This document shows positions 36,735 to 46,998 of a stretch of DNA of 62,298 nucleotides, in pieces (the stretch's first letter is position 1; each line of letters begins with the position of its first letter). The DNA comes from a bacterium. Lineage in GTDB: Bacteria; Patescibacteriota; Minisyncoccia; Moranbacterales; UBA2206. The stretch spans positions 1 through 62,298 of the forward strand of contig JAKQLJ010000038.1 of the NCBI GenBank assembly GCA_029567195.1. The letters are read 5' to 3'. A program made the translations under genes and the position numbers. Below the pieces are notes generated by a model that was not told the DNA's origin, did no database searches, and saw only the letters and a list, made by a program, of their open reading frames with translations.

Positions 36735-38522
36735 CTATACTTCAATAACTACTGGAAGAACCATCGGTCTTCTTTGAGTTTTAGTATAAAGGAATTGTCC
36801 TACTACTTCCCGGATATTGTTGCGGACATAATCCCAGTTGGCCGGTTCATTTGGCGTAGTCTTGGCGGCAATCACTTCTTCCACCTTTTTTTTAGTGGCG
36901 TTAACGAGATCAAAATTTTCTTTGACAAAAATAAATCCGCGGGAAGTTACCTGGGGCTTTCCGATGATCTTTTTAGTCTTGGCGTCAACGATGACGATAA
37001 TCACAAACATTCCGTCTTTAGCCAAAACTTGTCGGTCGCGCAATACTATTTCACCGATATCGCCAACGCCCAAGCCATCCACCATCACATTGTTGAGCGG
37101 AACCTTTTCATTGGTGACTTTTCCATTTCCCCGGTAATCGAATTCAATTACCTTTCCATTTTCGCCGATAAGAATATTTTTCGGATCCATTCCGACGGAA
37201 ACTCCCAATTCTCCGTGAAGTTTGAGCATAAAATAGTTTCCATGGATGGGAATCAAGAATTTGGGCCGAACCAAGTTAATCATCATTTTGAGATCTTCCT
37301 GGCGGGCGTGTCCTCCGGCATGGACATCCATCATTTTATAATTGATGACCTTGGCGTCTTTTCTGTAGATTGTATCCATAATGGATTGCACCGTTCTTTC
37401 ATTTCCCGGAATAACCGAAGAAGAAAGAACGAAGGTGTCGTCTTTGTGGACTTTTACAAATCGATGCTCGCCATTGACTATTCGCATCAAAACAGCATTG
37501 GATTCTCCTTGCGCCCCGGTGCACATAATAACTACTTTGCCGTCCGGATATTCATTAACTTTGTTTATGGGAATAATTGTTCCTTTTCTTGCTTGGATGT
37601 ATCCCAGGGTTCTGGCAATTTCCACGTTAGTTTTCATGGAATAACCGTCAACAGCTACTTTTCGGCCATGCTTTTCAGCGGCTGTGATGATAGACTGCAA
37701 ACGGCTGATAAGAGCCGAAAAAGTGGCAATGATCAAACGGCCTTGGGTGCGTTCAAAGATTTCATCCAGTGTTTTGGCAATTTTTGACTCCGATAGGGAA
37801 TAGCCGGGAGTTCGAGAATCAGTAGAGTCGGACATAAGGGCGAGGATATTTTCACTACCAAGCCGGGCAATTTTAGCGATGTCAGCCGGAGCGTCACTGA
37901 TAGGAGAATGGTCAAATTTGAAATCGCCGGTATGGATGATTGTTCCAACGGGGGTAGAGATGGATAATCCCACCGCGTCCGGGATAGTGTGATTGACATG
38001 GAAGAATTCTATACTGAATGCCCCCAATCTTATTCGATCTATTTTTTTAACTGTGTGGATATTTAGAGATTTTTTGTCTTTATAATCATCCTGGCGCTTG
38101 ACGACAATACCTCTGGTGAGCTCTGTCATGTAGATAGGCGGATTGCCCAAGCCTTCCATCAAATGGGGAATGGCGCCAATATGGTCATAATGTCCATGGG
38201 TGATAATCACTCCGCGGATATTTCTTTCCTTCCCCTTCAAATAGGTGATGTCAGGAATGAGATAATCTATTCCAGGCATGTCTTCGTCAGGAAACTGAAG
38301 TCCCATGTCGACAATAACAATGTCTTGACCATATTCAAAAATGGTCATGTTACGGCCCACTTCTTCCAGTCCTCCGAGAGGAATGATCCGCAAATTATTT
38401 TTAGAACCAAAATTGCGATTTTGGTTTTGCCTGCTTGTTTCTGCTGCGGGCATAAACTTTCCGGTTTGGCCGGATAAGGAAATGCCAGGAGAATTCACAG
38501 GCGAACTGTGTTTTTTAAACAT
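36735..38522 (-). CDS. rnj: Ribonuclease J
   Basis: PLGGLEEVGRNM, THGHYDHIG, HTGDFK, VHAGGH. Confidence 0.97.
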   Translation of the reverse strand: MFKKHSSPVNSPGISLSGQTGKFMPAAETSRQNQNRNFGSKNNLRIIPLGGLEEVGRNMTIFEYGQDIVIVDMGLQFPDEDMPGIDYLIPDITYLKGKERNIRGVIITHGHYDHIGAIPHLMEGLGNPPIYMTELTRGIVVKRQDDYKDKKSLNIHTVKKIDRIRLGAFSIEFFHVNHTIPDAVGLSISTPVGTIIHTGDFKFDHSPISDAPADIAKIARLGSENILALMSDSTDSRTPGYSLSESKIAKTLDEIFERTQGRLIIATFSALISRLQSIITAAEKHGRKVAVDGYSMKTNVEIARTLGYIQARKGTIIPINKVNEYPDGKVVIMCTGAQGESNAVLMRIVNGEHRFVKVHKDDTFVLSSSVIPGNERTVQSIMDTIYRKDAKVINYKMMDVHAGGHARQEDLKMMINLVRPKFLIPIHGNYFMLKLHGELGVSVGMDPKNILIGENGKVIEFDYRGNGKVTNEKVPLNNVMVDGLGVGDIGEIVLRDRQVLAKDGMFVIIVIVDAKTKKIIGKPQVTSRGFIFVKENFDLVNATKKKVEEVIAAKTTPNEPANWDYVRNNIREVVGQFLYTKTQRRPMVLPVVIEV

Positions 38523-38625
38523 AAATTTTATTTATTGTGTCGCTTGTTTTTAAAATTAAAAATAAGCAAAAAAGTGTTAATTAGTTAATTTAATTATAGT
38601 TGAAAAGAAAATTAAATTTTGAAAT

Positions 38626-39648
38626 TTAAGCGAGTAACGCTTTCAGCTCTTCTACCATTTCTACGGGAGTAGGGTCTTGATTATAGGCCAGAGCCAAATG
38701 GTAAGAGGCCCAATCCCCGATAATCAAGGTAGAAAAAATAGTATTAAAAATGTTAGTGTCAGGCATATTAATAAGAGTGGTGCCTATTCCTTTTTTCTTC
38801 ATCAGATCAGCTGTTATCTTCATTCTTCTTTTGTTTTGCGGATGATCTTTTTCGTCTACCAAAGTTATGACATGGAATTTCGCCTGAGGAAGAGTATAGC
38901 CGATCATTTCATTGTGATTAAGCTCCGGATAGAAATTCCAATAGGCCGGAGTCTTGGCGTTTTCGTTTATTTTGATTTTCCAGATCATGGCCAGTGATTT
39001 ATATTTGGTGGAAGAAAAAATAATCGGGGTTTTGCCTTCCAGCTTCTTGGCGATCTTTTTTCCTTCTTTTTCAAGAGCCAAAATGTCCTTTTCTAAATTG
39101 GCGGCCAGTCTTACCAAATCTTTCGTCTTGTCTTCAATCATACCGGTGTTTACCAGAAGCTGGAACATTACGGAGAAGAAATATCCGGTGGCATAGCGGG
39201 GTTGGATACCGGATGGCAAAATGACGCAAGGTATATTGTTTTTCTGGCAAATTTCAGCCAGTTTTCCGCCAGTAGCAATGCCGACGCTGGGCAATTTGTG
39301 TTTCACCGCTTCCTTAAGCGATTCAATAGTCTCTTCAGTATTTCCGGAATAGGAAGCAAAAATATTCAGACAATTGTTATAAGCTTCGTGAGGCAGGGAA
39401 TAAAACCGGTTCTGATATATGCCAAAACTTTTATTTTTTTTCGGATTGGCGTTATATAAAGCATTAAGGTAAATTCTCAATATGTTGGCTGGCAGTGATG
39501 AACCGCCCATTCCGGAAATTTCTACCGATTTAAAATTACCCTTAATTTTTACGTCTTTAGCCAATTCCAGTCCCACTTCAAATTGTTTGGGGAAATCAAG
39601 AATGACTTGGCGTAAATTATATTTATCCAGGTTTTGTTTATTTTTCAT
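38626..39648 (-). CDS. Bifunctional phosphoglucose/phosphomannose isomerase (SIS family)
   Basis: GMGGS, SYSGNTEET, QPR, INENAK, PELNHNE. Confidence 0.93.
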   Translation of the reverse strand: MKNKQNLDKYNLRQVILDFPKQFEVGLELAKDVKIKGNFKSVEISGMGGSSLPANILRIYLNALYNANPKKNKSFGIYQNRFYSLPHEAYNNCLNIFASYSGNTEETIESLKEAVKHKLPSVGIATGGKLAEICQKNNIPCVILPSGIQPRYATGYFFSVMFQLLVNTGMIEDKTKDLVRLAANLEKDILALEKEGKKIAKKLEGKTPIIFSSTKYKSLAMIWKIKINENAKTPAYWNFYPELNHNEMIGYTLPQAKFHVITLVDEKDHPQNKRRMKITADLMKKKGIGTTLINMPDTNIFNTIFSTLIIGDWASYHLALAYNQDPTPVEMVEELKALLA

Positions 39649-39683
39649 AAGATTGTTTGTTTTTGCTAATTACTAAAAATTTC

Positions 39684-41306
39684 CTATTTTTGAACCCTCT
39701 TTGTTTTTATATACCAATAATTGACGTTACAAAATCTTTTGGAAGGCAGAATTAAGGTTTTAATATCCAAGCCTTGGACGCTTTTGTTGACCGGGTAAAT
39801 GTAGAGCGGGCTATAAAGGAAAATAGCCGAAGATTCTTTTTCCAATTCTTTCTGGAAATCAACATAACTTTCCGATCTTTTTTCTGTGTCAAATTCTATC
39901 CGGCCGTCTTCAATTAATTTATCCGTTTCAGAGCTTCCAAAAAGAGAAAGGTTTAATCCGGGATCTTTTTTCATTGAAGAATGCCAGAAGGAATACGGAT
40001 CAGGGTCGGCTCCCATCACTTGGCCAAAAAGCAAAGCTTCATATTCTCGGGGACGGATATAGTTTTGTTGGACATCAGAAATGGAATAAGTGGAAATATT
40101 AACTTTTATTCCCGCTTTTTCCCATTGGCTTTTCAGAATTTCAGCCGTCTGCGCTAATTCATCCCAATCAGTGGTAACCAAGTTGAATTGAAGGGGCACT
40201 CCGTCTTTTGATCGGAAGCCGTCTTCTCCTTTGGTCCATTTATTTTTTTCCAGAGTTTCAATAGATTTTTCCAAATTAAAGCCTTTATGTTCTAGGTCTT
40301 CTTTGTAACCAATCATTCCCGGCAAAAACGGGGAATAAACCGGTTCGCCGTTTTTATCCAGCACCTTTTCGATAATTTCCTGCCTGTCAGTGGCGTAAGA
40401 CAAGGCTTCCCTTACTTCATCATTGGCCAGGGCGACGCTTTTGTTTTGGTTTATGAAGACAGAAAAATATCTTGGAATGCGGAATTGATGGATAAGGGAA
40501 CTTTTTTTATTTTTTATCTGGTTCAATTTCTGAGAGGACAAACTGTTTATGCCCATTATTTCTTTGCGGTTAAAAGCATCGAGTGCCTGGGCTTCGTCAA
40601 TATAAAAATTGAAAGTGATTTTGGAAATATAGGGCTTTCCTTCAAAATAATTAGAGTTGGCGATTAATTTGTAGGATATGATATTGCCCTTGGAATCTTT
40701 CTGAAAAGAATTATATTTATACGGTCCGGTGCCGATAGGTTCCAGCTTCAATTCGTTTAAATGAAAGTTTTCCGGCTCTACCGCTTCCCAGATATGTTTA
40801 GGTAAAATTCCAAAAGTAAGGTTGTTTAAAAATCCGGCGTAAGGAGTTTTAATTCTAAAAATAATAGTGGAGTCATCAACCACTTCTGTTTCTATGCCTT
40901 GCCAGTTGGAACGAAGAGGTGATTTATAAGACGGATCAGAAATCAAATTAACGGTAAAAAGGATGTCGTTGGCTGTGAAAGGCTGTCCGTCATGCCAAGT
41001 AACATTTTTTTTCAGATGGAAAGTGTAGGCGGTTTTATCTTCGGAAATTTCGTAATTTTCCGCCAGATCGGAAATAATATTGCCGGCAGAATCATATTTT
41101 AGCAGTCCGCTATAAGCTAGCTGGACCAAATCAGCATCCACATCATTGGATTGGGAAAGAATGGGATTGATATAAACCGGCTGGCCGACTATTCCTTCAA
41201 TATATTCTCCGCCATAGGCGGGAATGGACTTGGTCTTGGAAAAATAAAAAAGAGTTCCCCATGTGGCGGTGGAAGCGATAAATACTATCACTAAAAGGTA
41301 GAACAA
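39684..41306 (-). CDS. ABC transporter substrate-binding protein, family 5 (OppA-like)
   Basis: EGIVG.P..INP, WHDG.PFTA.D, PIGTGPY. The true start may lie further upstream. Confidence 0.9.
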   Translation of the reverse strand: MFYLLVIVFIASTATWGTLFYFSKTKSIPAYGGEYIEGIVGQPVYINPILSQSNDVDADLVQLAYSGLLKYDSAGNIISDLAENYEISEDKTAYTFHLKKNVTWHDGQPFTANDILFTVNLISDPSYKSPLRSNWQGIETEVVDDSTIIFRIKTPYAGFLNNLTFGILPKHIWEAVEPENFHLNELKLEPIGTGPYKYNSFQKDSKGNIISYKLIANSNYFEGKPYISKITFNFYIDEAQALDAFNRKEIMGINSLSSQKLNQIKNKKSSLIHQFRIPRYFSVFINQNKSVALANDEVREALSYATDRQEIIEKVLDKNGEPVYSPFLPGMIGYKEDLEHKGFNLEKSIETLEKNKWTKGEDGFRSKDGVPLQFNLVTTDWDELAQTAEILKSQWEKAGIKVNISTYSISDVQQNYIRPREYEALLFGQVMGADPDPYSFWHSSMKKDPGLNLSLFGSSETDKLIEDGRIEFDTEKRSESYVDFQKELEKESSAIFLYSPLYIYPVNKSVQGLDIKTLILPSKRFCNVNYWYIKTKRVQK

Positions 41307-41394
41307 GACCTTTTCCTTGAAATTAAGGGTTTTAGTTATTTTAGGCCATTCCTTGAGGGATGGCCATCGGTTTTTAGAAAAATTGCTAATAGAT

Positions 41395-41625
41395 TTAGAT
41401 ACCTCGGCTGGATATAACCAAATTGGCTATAGCTAACCCGATAAATAAAGCTGATAAAATTACGGAAAAAACGACCAAAAATCTTTCAAAGCCTCTTCTT
41501 GTGTAATATCCGCCAAAATCTCCTCCAAAAGTCTGGGAAAGTCCAGCGCCTCTGCTTTGCATCAGAATGGAAACGATTAGCGCGATGGCGACTATAATTT
41601 CAGAAATGTTTATTACTTTTAGCAT
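41395..41625 (-). CDS. secG: Preprotein translocase subunit SecG
   Basis: ILMQSRGAGLSQTFGG ... RRGFE. Confidence 0.92.
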   Translation of the reverse strand: MLKVINISEIIVAIALIVSILMQSRGAGLSQTFGGDFGGYYTRRGFERFLVVFSVILSALFIGLAIANLVISSRGI

Positions 41626-41629
41626 AACT

Positions 41630-42001
41630 TTATTTTTCTGATTCGCTCGGTTTATTAAATATCCTTAGGATTATATTGTTAGTGATACTGATTATTATTA
41701 CCGCCCAAAAAGCTGACCAAAATCCGTCTATCTGAATGGTAGAAAGGAGGGAATCAACCACAAAAAGAAGGGCAATGTTTATGATTATGGAAAAAAGTCC
41801 AAGTGTCAAGAACACCAAGGGAAAAGAAAGAAGCTTTATTACCGGTCGAATAAGGGAGTTAATTATCCCCAAAACCATTCCGGCTACGGCTAAATCCCAC
41901 CAGCTGCCAAAAAAGACAAGGCCTGGAATAAGTCTGTTGGCCAGCAGAATAGCGGCTGAATTAGCCAAAATATGGACAAAAATTCTTCCTAAGAAACTCA
42001 T
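41630..42001 (-). CDS. 4-TM holin-like membrane protein (YvlD-like)
   Basis: LGIINSLIRPVIKLLSFPL..LTLGLF..IIN. Confidence 0.85.
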   Translation of the reverse strand: MSFLGRIFVHILANSAAILLANRLIPGLVFFGSWWDLAVAGMVLGIINSLIRPVIKLLSFPLVFLTLGLFSIIINIALLFVVDSLLSTIQIDGFWSAFWAVIIISITNNIILRIFNKPSESEK

Positions 42002-42288
42002 ATCAATGTAGCATATTTTATGTTTAAAGTCAATTCTCGGATGCGCTTAATAAATAAAGGGAAAAACAAAAACCAGAAATCATCTATCTCTTTTTAACCA
42101 GTATTTCTTTTATTTTAAATACGCTTTTGCCGGAAATAATCATCTTTTTCTTCCTCTTTTTCTCCCTTTTCTCAGCTTTTATTTTTACCATAACTATGTT
42201 TTAATTATAATGCAATATTTAATAAATTCAAAATGCCGGATGTGAAGATTTTGGGCGATGGCCAAAACCCAAGTCCGGTGCTAAAAAA

Positions 42289-43329
42289 ATGAAAATTGTT
42301 ATCTTTGCCGGAGGTATTGGAACCAGAATGTGGCCTCTTTCCAGAACCAACTCTCCAAAACAGTTTGATACTATCTTCAACGGCAAATCCACGTTACAGC
42401 TGGCCTACGATCGGGTGGCGCCTGTTTTCGGGAAGGAAAATATACTGATTCAAACTACCAAAGCTTATCAAAAAATTATTGAGCGCCAGCTAAAAGATCT
42501 TCCCAAAAAGAATTTAATTTTGGAACCGGCCAGGCGCGATGTCGGTCCGGCGGTTTTTTTCGCTATACACAAACTTAAAGAAACGGGCTATGACGGTCCG
42601 ATGGCTATTGTGTGGGCGGATCATTTGATGGATAGGGTCAATGAATTTACCGGGGCGCTGAAAATGGGCAAGAGATTGATAGAAAAAAATCCCAGTCGAT
42701 TTGTTTTTATGGCAGAAAGGCCAAGATTTGCCAATAATAATCTGGGATGGATGAAAGTCGGGGAAAAAGCGGGCGAAATGGGAAAACGTGATTATTTTAG
42801 CTTCAAAGGCTGGAAATACAAACCGACTAAAATAGTTTGCGATAGGATGTATAAGTCGGGAGATTATTATTGGAATCCGGGATATTTCATCACTTCTGTT
42901 GATTTTCTCGACTGGTGCTATAAAAAACTGGCTCCGGAAATATATAGTTGCGTTACCGGTGGAAAATATGAAGAATGTCCGCGTATTTCTTTTGATAAAG
43001 CCATTATTGAAAAAGTGAACCTCAAAAGCGCTGTTATTTTGAAAACTAATATGGGCTGGAGCGATCCGGGCACTCTTTATGCTCTAAAGGAAGCCTTGGA
43101 AGAAAGCAGCGAATCCAATGTGACCAAAGGAACAGTGGTGACTTATGAAACTTCCGACAGTCTGGTTTATAATTTGGAAAAAGGAAAAGTGGTAACAACT
43201 GTCGGTCTCAAGGGCATGGTGGTAGTTAACACCGAAGATGCGGTTGTCATAGTTCATAAAGATAATGTGGTAAATATTTCCGACCTAGTCAAAGAAATGA
43301 AAGAGAGGAAAATGGATAAATTTTTATAA
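42289..43329 (+). CDS. manC: Mannose-1-phosphate guanylyltransferase
   Basis: AGG.GTRMWPLSR..PKQF, EP.RR, ADH, YWNPG, GWSD.G. Confidence 0.88.
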   Translation: MKIVIFAGGIGTRMWPLSRTNSPKQFDTIFNGKSTLQLAYDRVAPVFGKENILIQTTKAYQKIIERQLKDLPKKNLILEPARRDVGPAVFFAIHKLKETGYDGPMAIVWADHLMDRVNEFTGALKMGKRLIEKNPSRFVFMAERPRFANNNLGWMKVGEKAGEMGKRDYFSFKGWKYKPTKIVCDRMYKSGDYYWNPGYFITSVDFLDWCYKKLAPEIYSCVTGGKYEECPRISFDKAIIEKVNLKSAVILKTNMGWSDPGTLYALKEALEESSESNVTKGTVVTYETSDSLVYNLEKGKVVTTVGLKGMVVVNTEDAVVIVHKDNVVNISDLVKEMKERKMDKFL

Positions 43330-43396
43330 AACTTTCAAATAAAAACCCCCGCAAGATTTGAAATGGCAGTGTGCCTTCTTGGAGGGGGTTTGTTTT

Positions 43397-44092
43397 TTAA
43401 CAGCGAGGCTCTTCATCTCCTTTGAGATTAAAATTATGTTCTTGGAAAAGTCGGGGCATCTGGACCATATTCCAAGCCATGGATTCCATGGTGGTGTCTA
43501 TCCACTCAAGTTTCCGGTATCCCATGACTCGAAGGCCGATCTTGGCCAAAGATTTATTGAGGATACTCGGCTTGAAAATGCACCCGTAAGGAGGAATAAG
43601 AAAGCCCATCTGCATCATTCCCCACATAAAAGAGGAATAGGCAAGAGAAGCTCCTTCTGAATCCTGAGAAAAAATCATGCCCAGGGGTTTTCCGCTAAAG
43701 GGATCTTTTCCTTTCTTTTTCTTTATTTCTTCCGAGTTGTTTTCTACGCAGGTCATTTTACTTCTCAGAATGGCAAGAAGGGAAGAAACGTTGCCCCATT
43801 CCACGTTGGAAGAAATGACAACACTGTCTGCTTCTATAATGGTTTCCAGAACTTCGGTTGTTTTATCTTGGCCATCATGAATGCAAGGCCAGGAACATTT
43901 TTCTCCCGATTTGGTTTCGGAATAGCAACCTTCGCAGGGAAAAATTCGTTTGTCCTTCAGTCGCAAAAGCCTTGTTTCACCGCCATGCTTTTTCACATAA
44001 CAAAGAAACTGCTTGAGCATTTTTTCGCTACAGCTTGCTTCTCCGCGCGGACTTCCGCTAATGCCTAAAACCAGGGTCCTTCCGTCTAGCAT
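43397..44092 (-). CDS. Flavodoxin / iron-sulfur flavoprotein family protein
   Basis: GISGSPRG and CEGCY..CSWPC cluster motif. Confidence 0.85.
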   Translation of the reverse strand: MLDGRTLVLGISGSPRGEASCSEKMLKQFLCYVKKHGGETRLLRLKDKRIFPCEGCYSETKSGEKCSWPCIHDGQDKTTEVLETIIEADSVVISSNVEWGNVSSLLAILRSKMTCVENNSEEIKKKKGKDPFSGKPLGMIFSQDSEGASLAYSSFMWGMMQMGFLIPPYGCIFKPSILNKSLAKIGLRVMGYRKLEWIDTTMESMAWNMVQMPRLFQEHNFNLKGDEEPRC

Positions 44093-44283
44093 AAAATTCC
44101 TTCCCTTTTAAGATTTGAAGATAGATTCTCCTAATATGAAAAAACTTAATTTTTAAGTTGCTGTTCGTGCTTAAAAACTACCATATATAAATGTTTTTAG
44201 TCAATTAAAATTCAGCCTTAGTCGGAAATGGACAGCTGCGCTTTTTCGCTATATAATCTATAATTGAAGTATTGGTTTATATT

Positions 44284-46323
44284 ATGAATAATAAATTCAA
44301 AATAAGCTCAAAATTCAAACCCGAGGGGGATCAACCAGCGGCCATAATCCAGCTGACCGAGGGTATAAAATCTGGCGCCAAATTTCAGACGCTTTTGGGC
44401 GTGACGGGAAGCGGAAAAACTTTCACCATGGCCAACGTCATCCAAAATGTTCAAAAGCCGACTCTTGTCATCGCGCCGAACAAAACTTTGGCGGCTCAGC
44501 TGGCTCAAGAGTTTCGAACTTTTTTTCCGCATAATGCTGTCGAATATTTCGTTTCCTATTATGATTATTACCAGCCGGAAGCCTATATCGCTTCTAGCGA
44601 TACTTATATCGAGAAAGAAGCGATGATTAACAGTGAAATTGAAAGACTGCGCCATGCGGCAACAGCGGCGCTTATGAGCCGTCGGGATGTCATTATTTGC
44701 GCTTCCGTTTCTTGCATCTATGGCTTGGGTTCGCCGGAATATTATCGGGAGACAATATTAGAACTAAAAACCGGCGAAAAATTTGATCGCCTAAAAATCT
44801 TAAAAAAGTTAGTCGAGATGCAATATTTGCGTTCCGATCTTTTAGCGCGGGGAAAATTCCGCCTGACGGGGAACACGCTGGAAATAATGCCGCCGGGCAG
44901 GGAAGTGGTGGCACGCATTGAAATAGAGGAAAATAAAATAATAAAAATTTTTGAATATGAATATCTCACCGGAGAAGAATTGGGGACGCTTGAAAAAGCC
45001 GTCATTTATCCGGCCAAGCATTTTGTGGTGCCGGAACCGATTATGGGAGAGGCTTTGGGAAAAATTGAAAAGGAGTTGGAAGAACAAACAGTAAAATTTA
45101 AAAAGGAAGGAAAAATATTGGAAGCGGAAAGGCTTGGGCGAAGAACCAAGCAGGATTTGGAGATGATGAAGGAAATCGGGTATTGCAACGGCATTGAAAA
45201 TTATTCGCGTTATCTCACTAACAGGGAACCGGGCGAAGCGCCTTACGTTCTCATTGATTACTTCCCAGAGGATTTTCTGTTAGTCGTCGATGAATCTCAC
45301 GTAACCGTGCCGCAACTCAACGGAATGTATAACGGTGATCATTCCAGAAAAGCGGCATTGGTAGAAAATGGTTTTCGTCTTCCTTCCGCTTTCGATAATC
45401 GACCGCTTAAATTTTCGGAATTTGAAAAGAAAATCAACCAGGTGATTTTTACGTCTGCGACGCCGGCGAAATATGAGATAGCGAAATCTAAAATTTCTGG
45501 TGTAGGGATAGACCTTGCGTCTGTCCAAGAAATGGCGGACACAAAGTTCGCCTCTACAAAAAATCCGGGTATTATCGAACAAGTCATCCGCCCGACCGGA
45601 CTTATTGATCCGGAATTGGATGTTCGTCCGGTCAGAGGCCAGATCAAAGACGTAGTGAAGGAAATAAAAAAAGTAACAGAGAGAAAAGAGAGAGTTTTGA
45701 TCACCGCCCTTACCAAGAGAATGGTGGAAGATTTAAGCGAGTATCTAAAAGAGTCTAAAATCAAGTCAGAGTATCTTCATAGCGGTGTGGACACCTTGGA
45801 TCGGATAAGAATTTTGGAAAAATTGAGACGCGGAGAATTTGACGTTTTGGTGGGTGTGAATCTTCTTCGCGAGGGTCTTGATCTCCCTGAAGTGTCACTG
45901 GTAGCTATTCTTGACGCGGATAAGGAGGGGTTTTTAAGAAGTGAAACTTCACTCATCCAAACTATCGGCCGGGCGGCCCGTAACGTTCGGGGAAAAGTTA
46001 TTCTTTATGCGGACAACTTGACCGGCTCAATGAAACGGGCGATGAAAGAAACAGAGAGAAGAAGAGAAATACAATTGAAATATAACAAAAAGCATAAAAT
46101 TACTCCTAAAACCATTAATAAAAAAATCGAATCTATTGTTGATCATGAACTCAACCCGCAAGTAACGCGCGATTTTACGCAGCTTGAAACTTTGGAAGAT
46201 ATTGCCGGCTATATTAAACAAAAGGAAAAAGAGATGAAAGAGGCGGCCAGAAATCTGGATTTTGAAAAAGCGGCTATTATCCGGGATGAAATTTCTGAAC
46301 TTAGAAAAATGCAGCTGAAATAA
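44284..46323 (+). CDS. uvrB: Excinuclease ABC subunit B
   Basis: [42 protein letters not shown] domain. Confidence 0.99.
   Translation: MNNKFKISSKFKPEGDQPAAIIQLTEGIKSGAKFQTLLGVTGSGKTFTMANVIQNVQKPTLVIAPNKTLAAQLAQEFRTFFPHNAVEYFVSYYDYYQPEAYIASSDTYIEKEAMINSEIERLRHAATAALMSRRDVIICASVSCIYGLGSPEYYRETILELKTGEKFDRLKILKKLVEMQYLRSDLLARGKFRLTGNTLEIMPPGREVVARIEIEENKIIKIFEYEYLTGEELGTLEKAVIYPAKHFVVPEPIMGEALGKIEKELEEQTVKFKKEGKILEAERLGRRTKQDLEMMKEIGYCNGIENYSRYLTNREPGEAPYVLIDYFPEDFLLVVDESHVTVPQLNGMYNGDHSRKAALVENGFRLPSAFDNRPLKFSEFEKKINQVIFTSATPAKYEIAKSKISGVGIDLASVQEMADTKFASTKNPGIIEQVIRPTGLIDPELDVRPVRGQIKDVVKEIKKVTERKERVLITALTKRMVEDLSEYLKESKIKSEYLHSGVDTLDRIRILEKLRRGEFDVLVGVNLLREGLDLPEVSLVAILDADKEGFLRSETSLIQTIGRAARNVRGKVILYADNLTGSMKRAMKETERRREIQLKYNKKHKITPKTINKKIESIVDHELNPQVTRDFTQLETLEDIAGYIKQKEKEMKEAARNLDFEKAAIIRDEISELRKMQLK
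45501..45558. repeat. In-frame GTAG-type REP doublet inside uvrB
   Basis: TGTAGGGATAGACCTTGCGTCTGTCC ... GCGGACACAAAGTTCGCCTCTACA inverted pair. Confidence 0.8.
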
Positions 46324-46364
46324 TTTTTACCCTCATTTCCCCCGAAAAAAGAGGATTTATATGC

Positions 46365-46443
46365 TGCCGCGTAAAATCCTGCAAAGCAGGATCACGCGGC
46401 TAGTCCGTGGTGAAATTTTTCTTAAAAATTTCACTTTACGGAC
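46365..46443. repeat. Double-hairpin element, GCCGCGT family, copy 2
   Basis: Same architecture as 25813-25898 with compensatory stem changes. Confidence 0.75.
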
Positions 46444-46659
46444 TGTGGATAACTTTAATTTGCCTATTCTCTCTTATTTTATATAATACAAGCACGGACA
46501 GATAATTCCTTGTCAATCTACTTTTTGGGTGTTTAGCCAGTTAATGTTAAAAATAAATAAACAATTTAATACTGGCGTATGAATTATAGACATTGGAAAA
46601 TTTATAATATTTTTATCCTTGGGGAGGGCACGCTTTAGGCGTGTTTTTTTGTCCCCTTG

Positions 46660-46785
46660 TCCCCCACCACTTTTACATTTTTTTGTAGACTGAATATTTA
46701 AAAAGTATCCATTTAGTAATTAAGAAAAATAGTGAATTTTATTAGGTTTTTTGTGCCAAAGGCACAATGTAAAAGTGGTGGGGGA
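46660..46785. repeat. 126-bp segment bounded by perfect 20-bp inverted repeats (MITE-like)
   Basis: TCCCCCACCACTTTTACATT (46660-46679) / AATGTAAAAGTGGTGGGGGA (46766-46785). Confidence 0.7.
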
Positions 46786-46998
46786 TAAACTTGATTTTTT
46801 CGGTAAAATGTGCTATAATGGACTGTTAAAAATAAAAAGGAAGTTCTTTAAATATTCATTCCTGAATATCTCCCAAATAAAGCAAAAAACCAAATTGACT
46901 CTCCAAAGGCGGTTTTTAATCGCTTTTGGAGAGTCAATTTGGCGGACTACAAAACAAGAAAAACGCCCTTGTTTATTCAGGGCGGGAAGGAGGTTTTT

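Noticed and set aside
36720-37787. 355-aa plus-strand ORF
   Set aside because: Antisense shadow of rnj with no recognisable motifs.
41630-42001. Prophage lysis module
   Set aside because: The holin-like family is a common chromosomal membrane protein, and there are no phage structural, integrase or terminase genes.
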